Origin: Nitrososphaerota archaeon
Lineage (GTDB): Archaea; Thermoproteota; Nitrososphaeria; Nitrososphaerales; UBA57
DNA: 15,628 nucleotides
Direction: 5' to 3'
NCBI GenBank assembly: GCA_013378385.1
Contig: JACAFS010000022.1
Span: forward strand, 1 to 15,628
Numbering within the stretch: the stretch's first letter is position 1; every line of letters starts with the position of its first letter. Positions 6,844 through 13,477 of this stretch are shown here, in pieces. The translations under genes were made by a program, and so were the position numbers. The notes under the pieces were generated by a model, which was not told the origin of the DNA, ran no database searches, and saw only the letters and a list, made by a program, of their open reading frames with translations.

Positions 6844-8368
6844 GGGGTTCAATAGTAGAAGGAGGTTTACTTGATATTGCATATGTCACCCAACTTACAT
6901 TATCAACCTCGTTTGTGATTCGTGTACTAATATTATCAAGTACGTCATAAGGAATTTTCACCCAATCAGCAGTCATAGCGTCAGTTGATTCTACAATTCT
7001 AACAGTTACAATATATCCCATTTTACGACCGTCGCCTAAAACTCCAACAGCTTTATCATCACCAACCATTGCGAATGCCTGCCAAACGGTATTATGAAGA
7101 TTGGATTTTTTCAATTCTTCTTCAACGATACTACTGGATTCTCTACAAATAGTTAATTTTTCAGGTGTGAATTTGCCAATTATTCTGACTGCAAGACCAG
7201 GACCAGGAAAAGGATGTCTTTCAAGAATCTCAGAAGGCAACTCAATTAATCTAGCAACATTACGTACTTCGTCTTTATACAAATCTCTGAATGGTTCAAT
7301 TAATTTAAAATCGATATTTTCTGGAAGGCCGCCAACATTATGGTGAGTCTTAATAGTAACGGCAGGTCCATTAGTTGAAGCACTTTCAATCACATCGGGA
7401 TAGAGTGTTCCTTGGGCCAGCCATTTAAATGAGCCATTTTGTTTACTAATTTCCTCGAAAACTTTAATGAATTCTTGTCCAATAAGCTTACGACGTTCTT
7501 CAGGATCAATAACATTCAGCAATAAATCAAGAAATCTATCTTCTTCATTATAAAAAATGATCTTTATATCTAATTTATCAAATATTTCAAGGACGTTTTT
7601 TGCTTCGTCTTTACGTAATAAACCATGGTCAACAAATACACAAGTTAATCGATCCCCTATAGCTTTATGTAACAATAATGCAACCGTGGATGAATCTACC
7701 CCTCCACTCAATGCGCATAGAACAGAATCATTTCCAACTTGAGTCTTTATCTTATCAATTGTATTGTCTACAAATGAATCCATAGTCCAAAGACCTTTAC
7801 ATCCACATATTTCATAAATAAAATTACTTAAAATTTTTCGACCGTCCTTAGTATGAGTAACTTCAGGATGGAATTGTACGCCAAATAGATTATTTGAACG
7901 AATAGCAGCATATGGGGAATTTTCAGTATTGGCAATTGACTCGAAATTATCAGGGAGAATTTTAGTAGCATCACCATGACTCATCCATACATCGGTATTT
8001 GATTCTAAGCCTTGAAATAATTTTTGTTCGGAGGATATAGATAACATTGCTTTACCATATTCTCGTTTATCAGTTCTAGTAATCGAACCTCCCATTTTAT
8101 CAACGATTATCTGTAATCCATAACATATTCCCAGAATAGGAATTCCTAAATCAAATATTTTAGAATCAGGTTTAGGAGAATTTTCATCATAAACACTATT
8201 TGGTCCACCTGTGAGAATTATACCTGAAGGATTCATTGATGCGATTTTGTCAGCAGATGTATCATAAGGTAATAATTCAGCATAAACTGATAAATCCCTT
8301 ATTCTTCTTGTTATGAGATGTGAATATTGCCCTCCAAAATCTAAAACTATAATATTTTCTCTATTCAT
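6839..8368 (-). CDS. guaA: GMP synthase (glutamine-hydrolysing), single-chain GATase plus ATP-pyrophosphatase form
   Basis: GATase block IIVLDFGGQYSHLITRRIRDL..GICYGLQ..FGVQFHPE. PP-loop ALSGGVDSS. C-terminal dimerisation region ending ..KPPSTIEPQ. I place the start at ATG 8368..8366 (MNRENIIVLDFGGQY, 509 aa). The 20-codon upstream extension in the ORF track (to 8428) lies inside the preceding gene and looks non-native. Confidence 0.92.
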   Translation of the reverse strand: MNRENIIVLDFGGQYSHLITRRIRDLSVYAELLPYDTSADKIASMNPSGIILTGGPNSVYDENSPKPDSKIFDLGIPILGICYGLQIIVDKMGGSITRTDKREYGKAMLSISSEQKLFQGLESNTDVWMSHGDATKILPDNFESIANTENSPYAAIRSNNLFGVQFHPEVTHTKDGRKILSNFIYEICGCKGLWTMDSFVDNTIDKIKTQVGNDSVLCALSGGVDSSTVALLLHKAIGDRLTCVFVDHGLLRKDEAKNVLEIFDKLDIKIIFYNEEDRFLDLLLNVIDPEERRKLIGQEFIKVFEEISKQNGSFKWLAQGTLYPDVIESASTNGPAVTIKTHHNVGGLPENIDFKLIEPFRDLYKDEVRNVARLIELPSEILERHPFPGPGLAVRIIGKFTPEKLTICRESSSIVEEELKKSNLHNTVWQAFAMVGDDKAVGVLGDGRKMGYIVTVRIVESTDAMTADWVKIPYDVLDNISTRITNEVDNVSWVTYAISSKPPSTIEPQ

Positions 8369-8702
8369 TATTCTCACACTTATGGCGTTCTTCACTATTA
8401 GGTATATATGCACCCCAACGATCACCAATTTTTCGCATTTCTATCTCAACGTTACATACATTACATGATCGCTTATACGAATCATTTGATGTCTGTGAAA
8501 TAGATCCACCAACATAATCTTCTTCATTCTTTGATGTACTAATAGAATGTGCTGGTTGAAAACTAGAATTTTTCAGCATACTATTTACAACTGCCAATGT
8601 ATCCTGTAAATGGGTTAATTCAACTTCTAAATCTATGATTTTTTGTTCCAGGCGTTCTTTTGATTCAGCAGCTTTCTTTAAACTATCGTCAGAATAACTC
8701 AT
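8361..8702 (-). CDS. Hypothetical small protein: N-terminal coiled coil, low-complexity Ser-rich linker, C-terminal CxxC...HxC putative metal-binding knuckle
   Basis: 113 aa with an ATG start (8702..8700). Heptad-like region KKAAESKERLEQKIIDLEVELTHLQDTLAVVNSML. C80-x2-C83 ... H107-x-C109 (nt 8376..8465). Its TAG stop (8363..8361) overlaps the guaA ATG within ATGAATAG. I recognise no family. Confidence 0.5.
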   Translation of the reverse strand: MSYSDDSLKKAAESKERLEQKIIDLEVELTHLQDTLAVVNSMLKNSSFQPAHSISTSKNEEDYVGGSISQTSNDSYKRSCNVCNVEIEMRKIGDRWGAYIPNSEERHKCENNE

Positions 8703-8761
8703 ACAATATATTATGATGGAAAGAAACGTATAAGCATTTTAGAATATAGTTGACAAATAAA

Positions 8762-9772
8762 TTAAAGATATTTTATTATTGCAGATGTCATCTCAGATGT
8801 TTTAGAACTTCCGCCAAGATCATAAGTTACATTTTTACCTTCGGAAATTACTCTTTCTGTTGCTTCGAAAATATCGTTGCCTGATTTATTGTCGCCAAGG
8901 TATTGAAGCATCCATGCGGCAGATAATACTGTAGCAGTAGGATTTATTTTATCTTGACCTTTATATTTAGGGGAACTTCCATGAGCAGGTTCAAACATTG
9001 CATAATCATCTCCTATATTCGCAGAATAAACATTTCCTATACTTCCAATTAATGCAGAGGCTTCTTCAGAAATAATATCCATGAATAGATTTGTACTTAG
9101 TAGCACTTTATTATGGAATCTTTCAGGATTTTTATATAATTGCTGAGCCATGTTATCAATAAAATAATCCTCAATTGCAATATCAGGATATTGTTCAGAG
9201 ATATTATTTACTTCGTCTAAAAATATATCGTCGGTCTCACGTAATATATTCGCTTTATGAATTGGAACAACTGTTTTCCAATTACGTTCAGATGCAGACT
9301 GGAATGCAAATTTAGCAATTCTAGTACAAGATGAACGAGTTATTTTTCTAATAGTAATAGCAGTGTCTTTGTCAATTTGAAATCCAAGTCCACTATACAT
9401 ACCTTCAGTTCCTTCACGAATACATAACATTTCGATTGAATCAGAGTCATCTTTAGAAAGACTTTTGATAGGTCGAACGTTTGCGTATAAATCAAATTTT
9501 TGTCTCAGAGTAACTGCAACGCTTCGAGGAGATCCAGGGATAGTAGGAGTAACAGTAGGTCCCTTAAGACAGGCATCACTATTTTCAAGCAAATCCATCG
9601 TATCGGAAGGAATTAAACTAGAACCTTTATTCTTTTCCCAGTATTCTGCACCAGCATCACATTCAATAAACTCAATATTATTAGGACTAACAGCGTCAAT
9701 AATTCTCATAGTACAAGAAATAAGCTCAGGTCCCGTACCATCGCCTCGAATTACTATGGCTTTTTTTGTCAA
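8762..9772 (-). CDS. Beta-decarboxylating dehydrogenase family member, isocitrate/homoisocitrate-dehydrogenase-like (divergent paralog; specificity unresolved)
   Basis: 336 aa. IVIRGDGTGPE, LKGPTVTP...PRSVAVTLRQKFDLYANVRP (resembles small NAD-IDH/HICDH-type loops from memory), HKANI, FEPAHGS. Several family motifs are altered relative to the leuB-type paralog in this same window (see findings). The start codon is TTG (9772..9770), and there is no in-frame ATG before the GDGxGPE motif. Confidence 0.85.
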   Translation of the reverse strand: MTKKAIVIRGDGTGPELISCTMRIIDAVSPNNIEFIECDAGAEYWEKNKGSSLIPSDTMDLLENSDACLKGPTVTPTIPGSPRSVAVTLRQKFDLYANVRPIKSLSKDDSDSIEMLCIREGTEGMYSGLGFQIDKDTAITIRKITRSSCTRIAKFAFQSASERNWKTVVPIHKANILRETDDIFLDEVNNISEQYPDIAIEDYFIDNMAQQLYKNPERFHNKVLLSTNLFMDIISEEASALIGSIGNVYSANIGDDYAMFEPAHGSSPKYKGQDKINPTATVLSAAWMLQYLGDNKSGNDIFEATERVISEGKNVTYDLGGSSKTSEMTSAIIKYL

Positions 9773-9791
9773 GATAATACCGGCTAATTTC

Positions 9792-9803
9792 TATAATTTA
9801 AAA
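9792..9803 (-). promoter_or_regulatory. TATA-like box for the isocitrate-DH-like gene, in the 43-bp spacer after sdhA
   Basis: The minus strand reads cacTTTTAAATTATAg, lying 20-31 nt upstream of the TTG start at 9772. That spacing fits an archaeal TATA box driving a leaderless or near-leaderless mRNA. It is a pattern only. Confidence 0.4.
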
Positions 9804-9815
9804 GTGTTACACAGT

Positions 9816-11519
9816 CTAGTAAGTACGCGAATCAGGAAAAATATCATTTATTATAACAGGTTCAAGAGAGGTTTTAAGATTGGAATTAGATAATTGAACG
9901 AGAACATGTGATAGCCAATCTTTATCATTACGAAGTGGGAAATCCAATCTAAAATGGGAACCACGACTCTCTTCCCTCAACAATGAAGAAGAGATAATTG
10001 CTTCGGCAACGTCCAGCATATTCAGTAATTCAAAATAACTAAAAACAGAATATTCAGAATTATTAGTATTATCTGAATTATTAGATAATAATTGTGTTTT
10101 GATAATAGATAATTCAGAAAGAGCTTTAGTCAATAATTCATTTGTTCTAAGAATTCCAACATTTGATGTCATCAAAGATTGAAGTTTAGCACAGGAGTTG
10201 CTAACATATTCAAGATCAATATTATTTAATGAATCTTTAACATCTTCTATATAATGTTCAGTATGTCGACCGACATATTCATCAAAGTCGATAGAATTAA
10301 CATTAACTTTAGTATTTTTATCATAATGAGATATTTGTTCGCCGGCAATTTTACCAAATACTAAACATTCAATCAATGAATTTCCGCCAAGGCGATTGGC
10401 TCCATGAACGCTAAGACATGAACATTCACCTGCAGAATATAGGTTCTGAATTGATGTTTCGCAGTTAATATTGATGAGAATTCCTCCCATCATATAATGC
10501 TGAGCAGGAATTATTTTCAGAGGGGTTTTTGAGATATCGACATTCAGCAATGAAGATGTCATATCCTTTATGTCAGATAATTTTTCATTCAACACAGAAT
10601 CAGATAAATGGGTAAATGATAATTCGATATAATCGCCATATTTAGAATCTTTTAATCCAAGACCGTTATCAATTTCATTGATAATTGAGCGAGAAACAAT
10701 ATCCCTAGGAGCAAGTTCAAGTGATGAAGGGGCATACTTTGTCATGAATCGTTCGCCGTTTTTATTAAATAAATAAGCCCCAGCAGAACGCGCTCTTTCA
10801 GTAATCAATATATTTGAACCAATTAATGATGTAGGGTGAAATTGAACGAATTCCATGTCTTTGAGATAAGCTCCAGCACGATATGCAATGGCAACTCCGT
10901 CTCCGGTGCAATTTGTTGAATTAGTGGTATTAGAATAAATATGGCCAGAAGGACCGGTTGCAAGTATAACAATACGGGAAAAGAATGACTTTATTTTATT
11001 GTGGTCTTTGTTGAAAGCAACCAACCCATAACATATTCCGTCTTTATGAATTAGATCTAATACGTGCCAATTCTCTAGAATCTGAATATCATTTCTCTTT
11101 ACTTCGTCGTATAATCTTTGCATAATAGACAATCCTATTTGTGATGATGAGTTTAATGCTCGAGAGAATTCTGCGCCGCCCAATTTATTTGCAGAGTAGA
11201 CTTTATCAGATTTATCAAAATTCACGCCAATTGATTCAAGATATTTTATTTCTTCTGTCGTATTATTAACTAATATTGAAACTGCGTCTTGATCAGCAAG
11301 ATAATCTGAGCCTTTTATCGTATCTGCAATAAATGAATTTAATGAATCATGAGAAACAGACACAGAATTTATACCTCCTGCAGCAGAAACAGAATGTGAA
11401 CGCATAACTGGTAATTTAGAAATAATTTTAACATTATCAGAATACTTAGACGCCTCAAGTGCGGCACGCAAACCCGAAATACCAGAACCAACAATCAATA
11501 CGTCAATAAAGTCATTCAA
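9816..11519 (-). CDS. sdhA: Succinate dehydrogenase/fumarate reductase flavoprotein subunit (SdhA/FrdA family)
   Basis: 567 aa. Dinucleotide fold DVLIVGSGISG. RSHSVSAAGG, with the His used for covalent FAD in SdhA/FrdA. FVQFHPT, ELAPRDIVSR, HYMMGG, HGANRLGGNSL, REESRGSHFRLDFP and a C-terminal ..SRTY like the SdhA ..RTY ends I recall. The length also fits SdhA better than L-aspartate oxidase. The start codon is TTG (11519..11517), and there is no in-frame ATG before the GxGxxG. Confidence 0.78.
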   Translation of the reverse strand: MNDFIDVLIVGSGISGLRAALEASKYSDNVKIISKLPVMRSHSVSAAGGINSVSVSHDSLNSFIADTIKGSDYLADQDAVSILVNNTTEEIKYLESIGVNFDKSDKVYSANKLGGAEFSRALNSSSQIGLSIMQRLYDEVKRNDIQILENWHVLDLIHKDGICYGLVAFNKDHNKIKSFFSRIVILATGPSGHIYSNTTNSTNCTGDGVAIAYRAGAYLKDMEFVQFHPTSLIGSNILITERARSAGAYLFNKNGERFMTKYAPSSLELAPRDIVSRSIINEIDNGLGLKDSKYGDYIELSFTHLSDSVLNEKLSDIKDMTSSLLNVDISKTPLKIIPAQHYMMGGILININCETSIQNLYSAGECSCLSVHGANRLGGNSLIECLVFGKIAGEQISHYDKNTKVNVNSIDFDEYVGRHTEHYIEDVKDSLNNIDLEYVSNSCAKLQSLMTSNVGILRTNELLTKALSELSIIKTQLLSNNSDNTNNSEYSVFSYFELLNMLDVAEAIISSSLLREESRGSHFRLDFPLRNDKDWLSHVLVQLSNSNLKTSLEPVIINDIFPDSRTY

Positions 11520-11582
11520 ACAATCCTTAACAATGAATTTAAAAGATAAAACTTTTTACGTTAATAAGATATTCTTAGAACG
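11520..11582. promoter_or_regulatory. 63-bp divergent spacer (sdhA versus orf92/leuB) with A/T-rich TATA-like boxes
   Basis: The minus strand 'tttatcttttaaat' (plus 11537..11550) lies 18-31 nt upstream of the sdhA TTG. The plus strand 'tttttacgttaataag' (11553..11568) lies upstream of the orf92 ATG at 11583. Pattern only. Confidence 0.3.
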
Positions 11583-11861
11583 ATGAATACGATGGGCGAT
11601 GTAAAGAAGAAAAATCAAGAATGGAAAATTGAAGTATCAACAGAAAATGACACAATAACACTAGTATTAATTGACAAGAATGATAATCGTGTATCAAGAA
11701 AGGTACCTAGTTCAGAATTCATAGTAGAAAATGTGCATGAAATTGGCAGGAATTTAGAATTCGAGTATAATAAAGCAAATAATGTGATATTAGAACCATA
11801 TAACATAAGCAGAATAATAGGACTTGTTAACGATCAAATAATAGCAGAATCAGATAAATAA
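11583..11861 (+). CDS. Hypothetical small protein (92 aa)
   Basis: ATG start. Composition and codon style resemble neighbouring genes. It ends 23 nt before leuB on the same strand. There is no TM segment and no motif I recognise. Coding status rests on ORF length in stop-rich AT-rich DNA and on its position. Confidence 0.4.
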   Translation: MNTMGDVKKKNQEWKIEVSTENDTITLVLIDKNDNRVSRKVPSSEFIVENVHEIGRNLEFEYNKANNVILEPYNISRIIGLVNDQIIAESDK

Positions 11862-11884
11862 TTAGCAATTTAACTACAATTAGA

Positions 11885-12910
11885 ATGAAATACAAAATAT
11901 CAGTCATATCAGGTGACGGAATAGGACCGGAAATCACAAAATGTAGTATTGGTGTCATGAAATCATTAGAAGATAAACTAAATATAGAATTTGAATTATT
12001 GGAAATAGAAGCAGGAGACTCGGCATTAAAAAATAATGGAGTTGCGTTATCGGATGAAGCAATAGATAAGATAAAAACTACAAATGCTTGTATCAAAGCT
12101 CCAGTGGGAGAATCAGCAATGGAAGTAATTGTGAAATTAAGACAGCTTTTCGATTTATATGTAAATTTAAGACCTGCAAAGTCATTTCCCACTGTAAAAA
12201 GTCTAGATGATGACATAGATATGCTAATAGTTAGAGAGAATACAGAGGATCTTTACAAAGGACAAGAGTTTAGAATAGGAGATAAAGCAATTGCGTTAAG
12301 AACAATAAGTGAAAAAGCATCAACGCGTATTGCAGAGTATGCTTTCAATATAGCAAAAACGAGAAACAATAAGGTTACAGTGGTTCATAAATCCAATGTA
12401 TTAAAAATGACAGACGGATTATTCGCAGAATGTGCGAATAAAAGTGCGCAAAAAAATTCTAACATTATATTTTCAGAGATGTATGTAGATGCCTGTGCAA
12501 TGAATTTAATTAGAAATCCAAAAGAATTTGATGTAATTGTTACAACGAATATGTTCGGAGATATTTTATCGGATGAAGCTGCCCAAGTTGTTGGTGGATT
12601 AGGATTAGCGCCATCTGCAAATATTGGAGATGATTTTGCTTTATTCGAACCCGTTCATGGTGCTGCACCAGATATAGCAGGAAAGAATATTGCGAATCCA
12701 ATTGCAATGATTCTATCAATAAAGATGATGATGGAGTGGTTGCATACTATAAACAATGATAATGATTGTCAAATTGCGGCTGAAATAATTCAAAAAGCAG
12801 TAGAAAATAGTTTAGAGAATAATATTAAATCAGTAGAATTAGGTGGGAAATCCAGCACAAGTCAGATTGGAGAATATATTACTAATTATATTAGTAATTA
12901 TAATTTATAG
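11885..12910 (+). CDS. leuB: 3-isopropylmalate dehydrogenase-type enzyme (LeuB; archaeal IPMDH/homoisocitrate-DH clade)
   Basis: 341 aa. ISVISGDGIGPE, KAPVGES...VIVKLRQLFDLYVNLRPAKS, LIVRENTEDLYKG, VHKSNVLKMTDGLF, NMFGDILSDEAA, FEPVHGAAPDIAGKNIANP. This is very close to the archaeal LeuB sequences I remember (Sulfolobus type). IPM versus homoisocitrate specificity cannot be decided from the sequence alone. Confidence 0.85.
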   Translation: MKYKISVISGDGIGPEITKCSIGVMKSLEDKLNIEFELLEIEAGDSALKNNGVALSDEAIDKIKTTNACIKAPVGESAMEVIVKLRQLFDLYVNLRPAKSFPTVKSLDDDIDMLIVRENTEDLYKGQEFRIGDKAIALRTISEKASTRIAEYAFNIAKTRNNKVTVVHKSNVLKMTDGLFAECANKSAQKNSNIIFSEMYVDACAMNLIRNPKEFDVIVTTNMFGDILSDEAAQVVGGLGLAPSANIGDDFALFEPVHGAAPDIAGKNIANPIAMILSIKMMMEWLHTINNDNDCQIAAEIIQKAVENSLENNIKSVELGGKSSTSQIGEYITNYISNYNL

Positions 12911-13434
12911 ACTGATTTTTTTCCCTTTTTCTGAGGAATAATATTGATTTTAGGATCGGTAAATTTAAATTCCAACTGCTTTCCTTCAAACAATCTATCC
13001 AACAATATAGCAAGCGCTGCAACTTCAGAATGTGGTTGATTGGAAATTGCTATATTAATATCAGACAGTGTAATCAATTCAGGTGGAATTTTCTCGGAAC
13101 CAATGATTACAACTATATCTTGACGTTGAAGTGTTTTTCTGAGTTCATCCTCCATATCAGGAATATTTTGTCCATACATAGTACAAAGAATCACAAAATG
13201 ATTCTCTTTTTTGCATTTTTTTATGAATGATTTCCAACTATTAAGATAAGTAATTTGGAAGTCTCCTCCCCAAGATTCATTAACTTTTTCAATGGTTTCT
13301 TGAAGTGAATCATCTTCATTTCCACAATAATACATTTCAGACGACCCAAATGCTCGGGCAACTAAAGCACAATGAGTGGTAGTTCGATGATCTCGATGTA
13401 TTCTGTGTCCTAAACGTAAAAGTTTAATTTTCAA
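12898..13434 (-). CDS. trm56: tRNA (cytidine56-2'-O)-methyltransferase aTrm56 (SPOUT family)
   Basis: 178 aa. LLRLGHRIHRDHRTTTHCALVARAFG, WGGDF, LCTMYG, IIGSEKIPPE, ISNQPHSEVAALAILLDRL match my memory of the aTrm56 family. The start codon is TTG (13434..13432), and the conserved LGHR block begins at residue 8. Its 3' end overlaps the leuB 3' end by 13 nt. Confidence 0.85.
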   Translation of the reverse strand: MKIKLLRLGHRIHRDHRTTTHCALVARAFGSSEMYYCGNEDDSLQETIEKVNESWGGDFQITYLNSWKSFIKKCKKENHFVILCTMYGQNIPDMEDELRKTLQRQDIVVIIGSEKIPPELITLSDINIAISNQPHSEVAALAILLDRLFEGKQLEFKFTDPKINIIPQKKGKKSVYKL

Positions 13435-13477
13435 GTAAGTAAATTATTTATACCGATATATTATAAATGATTATAAA
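13435..13477. promoter_or_regulatory. 43-bp divergent spacer (aTrm56 versus PUA protein) with TATA-like boxes on both strands
   Basis: The minus strand 'tttataatatat' (plus 13456..13467) lies 22-33 nt upstream of the aTrm56 TTG. The plus strand 'attatttata' (13443..13452) lies 26-35 nt upstream of the TTG at 13478. Pattern only. Confidence 0.3.

Noticed and set aside
6010-7742. Antisense ORFs within gatE (6010..6336, 6604..6831) and guaA (7101..7346, 7557..7742). The same applies to 1702..1884 in the esterase and 13030..13230 in aTrm56
   Set aside because: The reasoning is the same: shadow ORFs opposite well-supported genes with low-complexity translations.
8369-8428. 20-codon N-terminal extension of guaA in the ORF track (MVIVGVHIYLIVKNAISVRI)
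   Set aside because: It lies entirely inside the preceding 113-aa gene in another frame and is hydrophobic and unlike GMP synthase N-termini. The conserved GATase domain begins right after the internal ATG at 8368 (MNRENIIVLDFGGQY).
8703-8761. Possible C/D-box sRNA or other ncRNA in the longest same-strand intergenic spacers (an 'atgatgg' at 8712..8718)
   Set aside because: There is no proper C box (RUGAUGA) paired with a D box (CUGA) at suitable spacing and no terminal stem. The 59 bp are needed for the terminator and promoter functions of the flanking genes.
9465-9893. 142-aa plus-strand ORF spanning the IDH-like 5' end, the spacer and the sdhA 3' end
   Set aside because: It is antisense to two strongly conserved genes, crosses a promoter-bearing spacer and has no recognisable motifs. 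It is most simply a shadow ORF created by the codon bias of the opposite strand.
9816-11519. Alternative call of the flavoprotein as L-aspartate oxidase (NadB)
   Set aside because: The protein has the RSH(S/T) flavinylation-type His block, is 567 aa long and ends in RTY, all SdhA/FrdA-like from memory. NadB is typically shorter and lacks that His. NadB is not excluded without a phylogeny, hence confidence below 0.8.
11827-12216. 129-aa minus-strand ORF antisense to the 5' third of leuB (also 11615..11806, antisense to orf92)
   Set aside because: It is embedded antisense to a highly conserved CDS, has a low-complexity Ser/Ile/Phe-rich translation and lacks a plausible promoter context.
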